A stretch of DNA of 52,494 nt from Candidatus Uhrbacteria bacterium (GTDB lineage: Bacteria; Patescibacteriota; Patescibacteriia; UBA9934; GWF2-40-263). The DNA is taken from assembly GCA_016206085.1 (NCBI GenBank), contig JACQSF010000003.1, positions 1 through 52,494 on the forward strand, read 5' to 3'. Made by a program: the position numbers and the translations under genes. Below the pieces are notes generated by a model that saw only the letters and a list, made by a program, of their open reading frames with translations, did not search any database and was not told the DNA's origin. Shown here one piece after another: positions 1-8,951 of the stretch (position 1 is the stretch's first letter; every line of letters begins with the position of its first letter).

Positions 1-248
1 ATGGAACCCATTCCTAGTACGAGAGGACCGGAATGGACGAACCTCTAGTGTACCGGTTGTCCTGCCAAGGGCATCGCCGGGTAGCTACGTTCGGCTCGGA
101 TAAGCGCTGAAAGCATCTAAGTGCGAAGCCGTTCCAAAGATAAGTCTTCATTTGAGTCCCCTCAGAGATGATGAGGTTGATAGGCCGTAGGTGTACGCGT
201 CGTAAGACGTTCAGCCGAGCGGTACTAATAGGACGAGCTCTACAACCA
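1..248 (+). rRNA. rrl: 23S rRNA, 3' end (partial)
   Basis: Sarcin-ricin loop AGTACGAGAGGACC and the conserved GGATAAGCGCTGAAAGCATCTAAG; 3' boundary approximate. Confidence 0.96.
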
Positions 249-441
249 CTTCTGTATTTGATCCAAAACTGGCGATCTGCTTGCTTTTCGAACAAAAATT
301 CTTTCACCGACCACTTGGTCGGCTCAAGAACTTTTTGTCCTGCAGAGCTGCGCATCTCATCCAGTTTAGAATCAAATCCAAACTTGATTCCCAAAATCTT
401 GTCACTACCCTTTTCAGTTACAAATTAATCGAGTTCAATGT

Positions 442-552
442 TTCCGGTGCCTCTTGCTGTGAGGTCACACCTGTTCCCATCCCGAACACAGCCGTTAAGC
501 TCACATGCGCCGATGGTAGTGCGATTGTGCGAGAGTAGGTTGGTGCCGGGAA
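442..552 (+). rRNA. rrf: 5S rRNA
   Basis: CCCATCCCGAACAC and GCCGATGGTAGT...GAGAGTAGG motifs; ends pair; flanked by processing stem GAGTTCAATGTT/AACATTGAACTT. Confidence 0.95.
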
Positions 553-611
553 CATTGAACTTGATTTTTTGTTTGGGCCGATGCTGGAAGTGAACGAGCG
601 TATAGATCACT

Positions 612-738
612 TTGAATTACGAAACTCGATGAGATTTGCGTGAACGGGCTGACGATCCCCGCGAACCCTATGAAAACATAGGGAGAGCGGGGTCGGCGGG
701 CGCCCGTGAACGCAAAGATCGCGAGTTTCGTAATTCAA
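612..738. repeat. Long imperfect palindrome (~127 bp hairpin)
   Basis: TTGAATTACGAAACTCG (612-628) is the exact reverse complement of 722-738; inner stems close on CCCTATG-AAAA-CATAGGG. Confidence 0.85.
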
Positions 739-803
739 CATAGATCAAGCCTCGCTTGGTCTATACCGAGTGAACGACAACAATCTGGAGGCGCTAGCCG
801 ACA

Positions 804-843
804 GATGGTAGTGCGTTTGCGCGAGAGTAGGTCGGCGCCAGGA
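804..843 (+). pseudogene. Second, partial 5S rRNA copy (3' portion)
   Basis: 35/40 identity by eye to 512-551 of the intact 5S. Confidence 0.7.
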
Positions 844-876
844 CAAAGGATTTTTTGTTTTGTATAATGCGGACAT

Positions 877-987
877 ATGGATTCTCAACCAAAGAAAGAC
901 TGCACGATCTGCCGCCTCTTTAAAAATGTCTTTATCTTCACCTTTGGGGTGTTGGTGGGAATTATTGGAACCACCCTGTTCGCCTAG
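877..987 (+). CDS. Small membrane protein (36 aa, CxxC plus hydrophobic helix)
   Basis: Manual translation MDSQPKKDCTICRLFKNVFIFTFGVLVGIIGTTLFA; TATAAT at 863-868, 8 nt before ATG; below the ORF-track cutoff. Confidence 0.55.
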   Translation: MDSQPKKDCTICRLFKNVFIFTFGVLVGIIGTTLFA

Positions 988-1036
988 TTGTCAACCTTGT
1001 AAAAAAAGCGCTTCTTGTTACTATAGAGGCGCTTTT

Positions 1037-1789
1037 ATGACATTTCGATTTATCATTCTCGCGGCTGGAAAAGGCACGCGCATGAAACAAGAACTTCCTA
1101 AGGCGCTTACCCCCATTGGGGGGAAGCCCATCCTTCAGCATCTCTACGAATCAGTCGAGGCGTCTGGTGTTGATGGGGTTCCTGTGATCGTGATCGGTTC
1201 GGATCAGCCAAAATTATGCGAGGCGTGGAATGGGGTATGCGAATACGTCGTGCAGCATGAACAATTAGGTACAGCTCATGCGGTGAATGTCTGTCGCGAT
1301 GCCGTCACAAATGCGGACGCGATTATTGTTTTGTACGGTGACCACCCTTTCATTTCCAAAGAGACACTTCAGCGACTCGCGCACCTTCACGAAACAAGCG
1401 ACGGCATGCTCTCCATGATGACGACAACGGTTCCCTCATTTGATGCATGGCCTATCTATTTTCATTGGGGACGTATTGTTCGCGATAAGCATGGCCAGAT
1501 CATGGCGATTCGTGAATATAAAGACGCGATGGAAAGTGAGCAGGCCATCACAGAGGTAAATCCAGCGTTGTATTGTTTCAATACAACGTGGCTCTGGAAC
1601 AATATTGGTCAGGTGAAAAATTTGAACGCAAAGGGTGAATATTACCTCACAGACCTCGTGGAGCTTGCCGTCGCACAAGGGCACGATATTGCCAGTATGC
1701 GCATTCCACCGGAAGAAGCAGTCGGGATAAATAGCCAAGAGGAACGCATGATTGCAGAGGAACTCCTCACACGACGACATGGCTCCTAA
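1037..1789 (+). CDS. GlmU-like nucleotidyltransferase (uridyltransferase domain only)
   Basis: LAAGKGTRMK..LPK, QLGTAHAV, YGD and EYYLTD motifs; no hexapeptide acetyltransferase domain; start reassigned to ATG 1037. Confidence 0.85.
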   Translation: MTFRFIILAAGKGTRMKQELPKALTPIGGKPILQHLYESVEASGVDGVPVIVIGSDQPKLCEAWNGVCEYVVQHEQLGTAHAVNVCRDAVTNADAIIVLYGDHPFISKETLQRLAHLHETSDGMLSMMTTTVPSFDAWPIYFHWGRIVRDKHGQIMAIREYKDAMESEQAITEVNPALYCFNTTWLWNNIGQVKNLNAKGEYYLTDLVELAVAQGHDIASMRIPPEEAVGINSQEERMIAEELLTRRHGS

Positions 1790-2324
1790 GCTCATCATCA
1801 TCGGGGGTTCGCTTGCCACAGGGAAGTCGACCCTTTCAAAAAAAATTGCAGACGCGTTGGGAATCCAGCGCGTTTCTTTGGATGAAATCAAGGAAGTATT
1901 ATTCGATGTTGGGGGCTATCGAGATCGCGAATGGTCAAAGGAGATCGGTCGACTTGCGTTTCCGGTGTTTCGTGATCTTGTTGAATTACATCTTAAACGA
2001 GAGGAGAGTGTGCTCGCAGAAGCGACGTTCTTATGGCCAAGCGATCGCGAGTGGCTTCACGCGTTTTCACAAATGTATGATGTTGAGCTTGTACAGATTT
2101 GGCTCACAAGCGATCCGCACGTAGCGCGTAAGCGTTTTATTGAGCGAGCCAACTCAACACGACATCCAGGCCACAATGATTCGCTTGAGGAAGTCATGGA
2201 TGAATTTGATCAGCGGTTTTTCAATAAAACCTTCGTTCCACTTCCTATCGATGGGAAAACAAAAATCGTGGACACGACGGATTTCGCCACCGTAGACCAC
2301 GATGAAATTTTGAAATGGATTTAG
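1779..2324 (+). CDS. P-loop kinase, AAA_33-like
   Basis: Walker A GSLATGKST; RHPGH motif. Confidence 0.8.
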   Translation: MAPKLIIIGGSLATGKSTLSKKIADALGIQRVSLDEIKEVLFDVGGYRDREWSKEIGRLAFPVFRDLVELHLKREESVLAEATFLWPSDREWLHAFSQMYDVELVQIWLTSDPHVARKRFIERANSTRHPGHNDSLEEVMDEFDQRFFNKTFVPLPIDGKTKIVDTTDFATVDHDEILKWI

Positions 2325-2650
2325 CGGTTGTCTCCGTCGCCTCCGAGGGTTCCTCGTTCTTTTCGCGAAAACAATTTCTCTAGGTTTGCTTGCGCGATGT
2401 CGTCAAGATTGAGGTTGAGTTCTTTTGCGAGGGCGGCGAGATACCACAACACGTCTCCAAGCTCACTGCGGAGAATCTCCCGGTACTCGTCGGTGACCTT
2501 TCCGCCGTGATCACGCATCACCTTCTTTATTTTGTTGAGCACCTCGCCCGTCTCGCCTCCTAAACCGAGTGCAGGATAGTAGAGGTTTTGGCCAGCATTT
2601 GGATACAGAGCGGTCGTTTTGGCTTTTGTTTGATATTCAGAAAAATTCAT
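2321..2650 (-). CDS. MazG-like nucleotide pyrophosphohydrolase
   Basis: LGLGGETGEV...ELGDVLWY motif. Confidence 0.9.
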   Translation of the reverse strand: MNFSEYQTKAKTTALYPNAGQNLYYPALGLGGETGEVLNKIKKVMRDHGGKVTDEYREILRSELGDVLWYLAALAKELNLNLDDIAQANLEKLFSRKERGTLGGDGDNR

Positions 2651-2982
2651 AGGGCAAAGTGTTTGCGTAGGTATCCGCGCACCTTTCGTAAGACGGGACT
2701 GTTGGCCTCACCGACCCTTTTGATAAATCGAACTGAGTCAAAGGAAGAGATTTGTCTTACACGGATGACCGAATCGCTTGCTAGGCGGTTTTTTGAATCT
2801 TTTCCGATAAAAACATCAGGCTCCTGCCATGTCTGGATTTTCGAAGAGATAGGCATGACCGTCACCAGCGATGAGGTGTCAAAAATTTCATCAGATTGGA
2901 TTACAAGAGCTGGCCGAACCTTGCGGCACTCGTGCCCGATACTCGGCTCAAAGTTTACTAAGTAGATTTCTCCTTGCCGCAT
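2647..2982 (-). CDS. MazF/PemK family toxin
   Basis: GEIYLVNFEPSIGHE..KVRPALVIQ signature; start placed at MRQGE, next to the antitoxin stop. Confidence 0.9.
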   Translation of the reverse strand: MRQGEIYLVNFEPSIGHECRKVRPALVIQSDEIFDTSSLVTVMPISSKIQTWQEPDVFIGKDSKNRLASDSVIRVRQISSFDSVRFIKRVGEANSPVLRKVRGYLRKHFAL

Positions 2983-2983
2983 A

Positions 2984-3217
2984 TCACTTAAGGGCAAGGT
3001 AATAGGCAATCTCTTCCTTCGTCAGAAAATCATTTCCCATATCTGTTATCGCCGCCTGTTCAATATCAGAATCAGTCGCCTCTTCGAGGGTTTCGATTGG
3101 GGTTAATTTTGCAATCGGTTTGCTCTGGTGGATAAGAAAGAATTCTTCGCCTTTAGCGAGTCGCATGCGAATCGCCGGCAAGTCAGTACGTAGTTCTTTT
3201 GTTGAGATAAATTTCAT
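2984..3217 (-). CDS. Phd/YefM-like antitoxin
   Basis: ISTKELRT..GEEFFLIHQSKPIAKLTP N-terminus, acidic tail, directly upstream of the toxin. Confidence 0.8.
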   Translation of the reverse strand: MKFISTKELRTDLPAIRMRLAKGEEFFLIHQSKPIAKLTPIETLEEATDSDIEQAAITDMGNDFLTKEEIAYYLALK

Positions 3218-3297
3218 ATTCAAAACAAGATCAACTTTAGTTTATCATCGAACACATTTCTGTCAATTCATTTTGATCGTGTTACACTATCGTCGTT

Positions 3298-4554
3298 ATG
3301 CGCACCATTGTCGACTGGCATATTCATTCCAAGTATTCTCGAGCGTGCTCGAAGCAACTTGAGTTACCGGTGATTGATCAGTGGTGCGCACGCAAGGGGA
3401 TTGATATTGTGACGACGGGGGATTGGACGCATCCGGCATGGTTGGCGCACATTAAGGAGAATCTCGAGGAAAAACGGCAGGGAATTTTTGGGCTCAAGAG
3501 TGGTGGCACGCGTGAGTTCATGCTCGTGCAAGAAGTGAGTCAGATCTATAAAAAGGGCGATAAGACACGACGCATCCATAACCTCGTGTTCTCCCCATCG
3601 ATTGAAACCTGCGAGAAGGTCATCGCGGAGTTTACACGTCGCAATTTCAACTTGAAGGCGGACGGCCGTCCCATTCTTGGGATCGACTCTGAAGACCTCT
3701 ACAAACTCCTCAAAGATATCGACGAGAAGATTATTCTTATTCCCGCGCACGCATGGACACCGTGGTACGCCGTGTTTGGGAGCAAATCAGGTTTCGATTC
3801 CCTGGAAGAATGTTTTGGCTCCATGAGTAAGTACATCTACGCGATCGAAACAGGACTTTCCTCCAACCCCATGATGAACTGGCAACTCTCAGGACTCGAT
3901 TCGGTTGTCATGATTTCAAACTCCGACGCTCATTCGCCACGAAATCTTGGTCGTGAAGCAAATGTGTTTGAGTTTCCAGAACCACCAACGTATGACGAGT
4001 TCGTCCGTGTGTTGCGTGAACAAGATGCGAGTCGATTCAAGTACACGATTGAATTCTACCCCGAAGAAGGAAAGTATCACTTTGATGGATGTGCGAGCTG
4101 TCAGTTTTCGTGTGAACCGGAAGAATCAAAACGGATCGCCAAGCGATGTCCGACCTGTCATCGTCCTCTGACGCTTGGTGTGCATCATCGTGTGGAAGAA
4201 CTTGCGGATCGTGATGCGTCGTCTGTATCGAATCGAAAGATTCCATTTAAGTCGATCGTTCCGCTTGCGGAGATTCTTGCGGAGGTCTACGGAGTATCAT
4301 CAACGCAATCAAAGAAAGTTGAGACAGAGTATCTGCGATTGACGGATGAACTCGCCGATGAGTTTACACTTCTTCTAGACACACCTATTGAGGCCATTCG
4401 TTCAAAAGCTTCCAGCACATATCTCGCCACGGCTATTGAAAAAATGCGTGTAGGGGATCTCAAGATTCAACCTGGATATGATGGTCTATACGGAACGGTA
4501 AGGATCTTTGGGGAGAATGGTCCCCCTGCAGCAAAACAATCAAGTCTTCTATAA
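3298..4554 (+). CDS. Endonuclease Q family (PHP domain) protein
   Basis: DWHIHSKYSRACS, NSDAHS, EEGKYH, Zn-ribbon cysteines, PGYDG motif. Confidence 0.9.
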   Translation: MRTIVDWHIHSKYSRACSKQLELPVIDQWCARKGIDIVTTGDWTHPAWLAHIKENLEEKRQGIFGLKSGGTREFMLVQEVSQIYKKGDKTRRIHNLVFSPSIETCEKVIAEFTRRNFNLKADGRPILGIDSEDLYKLLKDIDEKIILIPAHAWTPWYAVFGSKSGFDSLEECFGSMSKYIYAIETGLSSNPMMNWQLSGLDSVVMISNSDAHSPRNLGREANVFEFPEPPTYDEFVRVLREQDASRFKYTIEFYPEEGKYHFDGCASCQFSCEPEESKRIAKRCPTCHRPLTLGVHHRVEELADRDASSVSNRKIPFKSIVPLAEILAEVYGVSSTQSKKVETEYLRLTDELADEFTLLLDTPIEAIRSKASSTYLATAIEKMRVGDLKIQPGYDGLYGTVRIFGENGPPAAKQSSLL

Positions 4555-4593
4555 AAAACACCCTTCCGCGCGTCCGGGAGGGTGTTTTCTTTT
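4555..4593. terminator. Bidirectional intrinsic terminator
   Basis: AAAACACCCTTCCG...CGGGAGGGTGTTTT stem between convergent genes. Confidence 0.7.
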
Positions 4594-4605
4594 GTCTTAG
4601 AAAGA

Positions 4606-4704
4606 CTATTTGCGCTTCTTAGCTGCCTTGCGCTTTGCTGGTCGCTTCGCGGCTTTTCGCTTTGGAGCTGCCTTGCGCTTGGCGACCTTTTTCTTTGCTG
4701 CCAT
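4606..4704 (-). CDS. Small basic K/A/R-rich histone-H1-like protein (32 aa)
   Basis: Manual translation MAAKKKVAKRKAAPKRKAAKRPAKRKAAKKRK; absent from the ORF track. Confidence 0.75.
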   Translation of the reverse strand: MAAKKKVAKRKAAPKRKAAKRPAKRKAAKKRK

Positions 4705-4916
4705 AGAATGTTTGAAGTTCTGAATCACCTCCCTGATGACAAGGGTCATCAGTCAGAACCCTACGGTTCCTCCTTGAGGTGCAGAATGGTTAACGTGCTC
4801 GATCGAGCACTGCACTTGAAATTAATGAACGTGCAGTTGATGGTCGTTGATGAAAGACGCGCTTCATCTCCGATATAGATATTGTAAGAGAAAAAAAAAA
4901 TTCCAACAAGAGTTGA

Positions 4917-6218
4917 TTACGTTTTTACTTCAACAGGTGTTTCCACAACAGTCCACTCATACAACCACTGAATGTTTGTAAGATTCACATTCACACACCC
5001 GTGTGACATTTGATGTCCAAAGTTATTGTGCCACGGCGCATAGTGAATATAGATGTGCGGGTAGATACGAAGATTGTACGGGATCCATCCGAGATCGTAA
5101 TTCCGTGGATCGTTTTCTCCATAGCTCCACGCGTAGTGTACGAGAGGAACTTTTTCAAGCACTGTGTGCGTACCAAGAGGTGTGGCGTTGTTGAGTCCGC
5201 TTGAAATGAGAAAGGAATTCTGCAGAATTCCGCGTTCAAATGCATAAAGACGCTGTTCGGATACATCGACTTCGATTCGTTGTTCTTCTACATTGTCATC
5301 AAAAAGAAATCGACCTGGTGCAAAGAGAAGTTGATTTCCAAATGAGGCGAGAGAGGCGTGTTCAACTGAGAGAGTTTGTGTCGAGGCATTCATGAGATTG
5401 TAGAGTGTTGAGCTCGAACTCGTTGAGAGGAAGATTTCATTCTGTACCACCGTGAGTGACTCTACTCCACGCCCATCAATGGAAAGAGTTTCTTCCGAAG
5501 TTGTTGTTGGCGAGGTGTGGATAACTACGTTTTTGATCGTTGGTGTGGAAGTGAATTGTTGTACGAGAGTGAGTCTTGAATCGTTTATCACACCGATAAG
5601 TCCGGATCGATCACTCGCGGCAAACGCGAAAAAATTTTCTTCAAGCTGTTGGGTTCCGTTCCATGACCAGATACGTACATGCGGCCCCCCGCCTGATGCG
5701 GGGAGTGTTACAAGCTCTGCGCGATCATCATCTATCAGATTTCCACACGCAAGATTTACTCCCGCGCGCATTCCTTTGTCATAGGCAAAGAACCCGCCAT
5801 CATCGATTGCTTTCCCATAGCGATCAAAGATGCGGATATGCGGTCCACCTCCACGTTGAGGAGCCACGATGATCTCGGGGTATCCATCCCCGGTCAGATC
5901 GCAGGTCGTGACATTGATTCCTACTCCCAGCGTTGGGTCGTAGGCAAGAAAATTTCCAATTTCACTTCCATCTTGCCGGAGAACTCGTACGCGAGGTTCT
6001 AATCCCATCCCGTTGCCAACAATGATCTCAAAGACACCGTCGTCACCAAGGTCAGCAACGGCAAGACTTACCCCTGAGACATCATTCATGTTCGGGAGTT
6101 CAAGCGAAATGGTGCCGTCGATTGAATCGAGCCAGATACGTGTCGAATGATAAGCCAGGGTCAGTCGACCAGGCGTGAGCAAACTCAGGCAGCACAGCAC
6201 GACGAACAGGCGTTTCAT
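4917..6218 (-). CDS. Secreted FG-GAP-repeat protein with C-terminal L,D-transpeptidase (YkuD) domain
   Basis: Signal peptide; DLGDDG/GGGPHIRIF repeats; YIH...SHGCVN catalytic motif. Confidence 0.88.
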   Translation of the reverse strand: MKRLFVVLCCLSLLTPGRLTLAYHSTRIWLDSIDGTISLELPNMNDVSGVSLAVADLGDDGVFEIIVGNGMGLEPRVRVLRQDGSEIGNFLAYDPTLGVGINVTTCDLTGDGYPEIIVAPQRGGGPHIRIFDRYGKAIDDGGFFAYDKGMRAGVNLACGNLIDDDRAELVTLPASGGGPHVRIWSWNGTQQLEENFFAFAASDRSGLIGVINDSRLTLVQQFTSTPTIKNVVIHTSPTTTSEETLSIDGRGVESLTVVQNEIFLSTSSSSTLYNLMNASTQTLSVEHASLASFGNQLLFAPGRFLFDDNVEEQRIEVDVSEQRLYAFERGILQNSFLISSGLNNATPLGTHTVLEKVPLVHYAWSYGENDPRNYDLGWIPYNLRIYPHIYIHYAPWHNNFGHQMSHGCVNVNLTNIQWLYEWTVVETPVEVKT

Positions 6219-6272
6219 AAGTCGGGTGGGTACTCTACGTATTCCACCATTATAACCAAAAACCACCGTTCA

Positions 6273-6348
6273 TGGTGGACCAATGGGGACTCGAACCCCA
6301 GACCCTCTGCTTGCAAAGCAGATGCTCTACCAACTGAGCTATTGGCCC
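6273..6348 (-). tRNA. tRNA-Ala(TGC)
   Basis: GGGCCAATAGCTCAGTTGGTAGAGC...TTGCAAG...GTTCGAG...CCACCA; G3:U70 pair; encoded CCA. Confidence 0.96.
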
Positions 6349-6485
6349 ATCAAGAACGATGGTTTTGATCGGCGCAATGATAACAACCAGGGAGTCGGTC
6401 GTCAACGAACCATTGACAAAACTTGTATATTTGCTTACTCTTCGTCGTTCTGCGGGTATGTCGCCCAAAGATAAGGAGACCGGAA

Positions 6486-7844
6486 ATGCCCAGATTCTTG
6501 AAGGGTTTCGCCGCTGCGTTGCTTGTCACGCTCATTGTCGTGCTGCTTATTGCGGTGGTGCGATCCTGCGGGCAGGAGGGTCAACCTTCGGCTCCGCAGA
6601 TTCCGCCCCCACCACCAGCTGTCCCCGTCCAGATCGACGGGCACACGGCGTTTGTCCCTCCGGGTCCACAGCGTCTTCCCGATGTACCCCAAAAGCTCGT
6701 CGATGCGATCCGACGCGGCACCCAGAGTGTTTCCAAACTTCGACTAGACAAGGACAAGTGCGTTCCCCAGAAGAAGATTCAGCTGGGCTGGAGGCGCTGT
6801 CTGGGTGACTACCTAGTCGCGGCCGTCGACGAGACGGGCAAGCTTCAGATCGTCGATGTCTACGGCGGAGTCTCTACTTCTCCAGTCGGCTTCTCCGTCA
6901 CCTGTGAGCGTGAGAACGCCTGCAACGGTGGCGTCAATCCACCGTTCGTCATCACAGCCCCACCTGGTTGGACGGCAGTGGCCATCCGTACCGCTGTGTT
7001 TGGCGATGGGGAAGATGGGATCGAGGCGGCCGTGTACGTTCCCTACTCGTCACGTCTTAACGATCCAGAATTGCGTCAGGCAGGTCTGGAGTACCTCCAC
7101 GATGCGGTTCTTGCCGCCTACTACGAATTGCGTGCCAAGGATGTGCGCAGCCAGTTCTTCCCCGATAAGTACGTTACGGACTTTGGAACCCCTGACCATG
7201 TGATCACGTTGATTCTCACCGAGCAGATGTGGTCGGACACAGGGTTCGCCAACGGGACTGACCTGGACCGTCTTGCGATGGTTGATCGGGCTCTGGTGAC
7301 GTTGGGTGTGAATCGCTGGAAGAGTTACCAGTACACGGCTTCCTGGGCCGGTGCCCGCGGCATCGGACAAATTGTCGGAAAGCCCTACAAGGCGATCCGT
7401 GAACAATACCCGCGTGTCGACCTTCCGGCGGACGACATATGGGGTCGTACCGACCACCACAGCGCGATCAAGACCATGATCGCGCACACGGACGCAGAGT
7501 TCTGGGCGATCAAGCAGGAAGGGCATCGGACCCACCTGCTGGAAAACGCCGCCAGCCGCCGACTGGTCCTGGCCGCTGGCTACAACGCCAACATTGCGAC
7601 TGTTATCAAGGCAATCGCTGCGTGTGGTGAATCCTGGCGACACGAGATCTGTACGCAACTTCCCAATGAGACCCGTCTGTACCTCGTGAAATACGAGTGG
7701 ATCTACGGCGTTCTCTTTGATCCCGTGCAGCGCGCCATGGTCGAGGCAAATGTCTGGCCCACCCTGTACCAGAACGACCAGGCCGCCAAGGCCGAATACG
7801 AACAACGCAAAGCGGCCCTCGCGGCCGCTCCGGCGACGAAGTAA
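6486..7844 (+). CDS. Membrane-anchored protein with lytic-transglycosylase-like C-terminal motifs
   Basis: N-terminal TM helix and Pro linker; SWAGARGIGQI, LAAGYNA and ETRLY resemble SLT motifs; AAGGAG SD; TTGACA-17-TACTCT promoter upstream. Confidence 0.65.
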   Translation: MPRFLKGFAAALLVTLIVVLLIAVVRSCGQEGQPSAPQIPPPPPAVPVQIDGHTAFVPPGPQRLPDVPQKLVDAIRRGTQSVSKLRLDKDKCVPQKKIQLGWRRCLGDYLVAAVDETGKLQIVDVYGGVSTSPVGFSVTCERENACNGGVNPPFVITAPPGWTAVAIRTAVFGDGEDGIEAAVYVPYSSRLNDPELRQAGLEYLHDAVLAAYYELRAKDVRSQFFPDKYVTDFGTPDHVITLILTEQMWSDTGFANGTDLDRLAMVDRALVTLGVNRWKSYQYTASWAGARGIGQIVGKPYKAIREQYPRVDLPADDIWGRTDHHSAIKTMIAHTDAEFWAIKQEGHRTHLLENAASRRLVLAAGYNANIATVIKAIAACGESWRHEICTQLPNETRLYLVKYEWIYGVLFDPVQRAMVEANVWPTLYQNDQAAKAEYEQRKAALAAAPATK

Positions 7845-7871
7845 CCCTTCGTCGTTTTTTCTATTTTACTT

Positions 7872-7960
7872 CTCGTTATTGCGAGGGAGCGAAACGACCG
7901 AAGCAATCCTCGAAGATTGCTTCGTCAGTCGACGACAGACTCCTTCCTCGCAATGACGAG
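7872..7960. repeat. REP-like palindromic element
   Basis: CTCGTTATTGCGAGG...CCTCGCAATGACGAG ends with an inner GAAGCAATC/GATTGCTTC stem. Confidence 0.8.
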
Positions 7961-7961
7961 G

Positions 7962-8951
7962 CTACTTGATGACGTTTTGAGGGGTCTTTCCTTTCACAAA
8001 TGCGAGGATATTTTCGGCGGCTGTGCGGCTCATGGCTTGTCGCGTTTCAATCGTTGCGCTTGCTGTATGCGGAGTCAGAATGACGTTCCAGGCATGCTGG
8101 AGGTAATCTGCATCAGATTTTTTTCGAGCAAATTGTGGTTCACCCTCGAAGACATCGATCCCAGCGCCCGCAATTTTGCCTTTTTTGAGTGCCCGCACAA
8201 GCGCCGCGGAATCGACGACTGATCCGCGCGCGGTGTTGATAAGAAACCCGGTTTTTTTCATAAGGTTGAGAGCCTTGTCATCAATGAGGTGTTTTGTCGA
8301 CGGCAAGAGAGGCACATGTAATGAGACAAAGTCAGATTCGCCCAGAAGTTGCTCCTTTGTCCTGAGCTTAGCTCCGGACATTTTTTCAAATGCTGGATTG
8401 CGTTTCACGTCCGTGTAGATGATCTTTACGCCGAACCCTTCATGCATACGTCTGGCCACCATCCCACCGATCGCACCACCGCCGATAAGTCCCAGCGTTT
8501 TTCCCATCACGTCTGTACCGAGCAACAGCTGTGGTTCCCAACCTTTATATTTTCCTGCTCGAGTAAAATGGTCAGCTTCGACTATACGGTGGGCAAGCGC
8601 AAAGATGAGCGCGACCGCATGTTCTGCGACCGTTTCGGAGACGTTTGGATGGGTGGCGTTGGTTATGACGAGCTTGCGCTTGGCTGCTTCTTTTAGGTCG
8701 ATATTATCGAACCCAACGGCGTAGTTGGCGATCATTTTGAGAGATGGGCCGGCAGCATCCATCACCTCGCGGTCGATCTTTTCTGTGAGCATTGAGAGGA
8801 TGACGTTCTTTCCTTTCACACGACGGAGCAACTCGCGGCGAGGGATGAGTTTGTCGCCCTCGTAGATTTCAATCTTTAGATGTTTGTCGCGTCGGAGCAT
8901 CTTGAGTCCTTCGTCGGGAATTTCTCGTGTGACAAAAACTGAAGCGGTCAT
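7962..8951 (-). CDS. D-glycerate dehydrogenase / glyoxylate reductase family
   Basis: NYAVGFDNID, GxGxxG, INTARG, TPHTAS. Confidence 0.9.
   Translation of the reverse strand: MTASVFVTREIPDEGLKMLRRDKHLKIEIYEGDKLIPRRELLRRVKGKNVILSMLTEKIDREVMDAAGPSLKMIANYAVGFDNIDLKEAAKRKLVITNATHPNVSETVAEHAVALIFALAHRIVEADHFTRAGKYKGWEPQLLLGTDVMGKTLGLIGGGAIGGMVARRMHEGFGVKIIYTDVKRNPAFEKMSGAKLRTKEQLLGESDFVSLHVPLLPSTKHLIDDKALNLMKKTGFLINTARGSVVDSAALVRALKKGKIAGAGIDVFEGEPQFARKKSDADYLQHAWNVILTPHTASATIETRQAMSRTAAENILAFVKGKTPQNVIK

Noticed and set aside
14-610. ORFs overlapping the 23S/5S region
   Set aside because: Chance frames across rRNA genes.
4582-4878. 98-aa plus-strand ORF
   Set aside because: Antisense to the K/A/R-rich peptide and its leader.
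7050-7805. 251-aa minus-strand ORF (also 10996-11844 +, 12123-12890 -, 24467-25123 +, 49075-49713 -)
   Set aside because: Antisense shadows of better-supported genes; no motifs.
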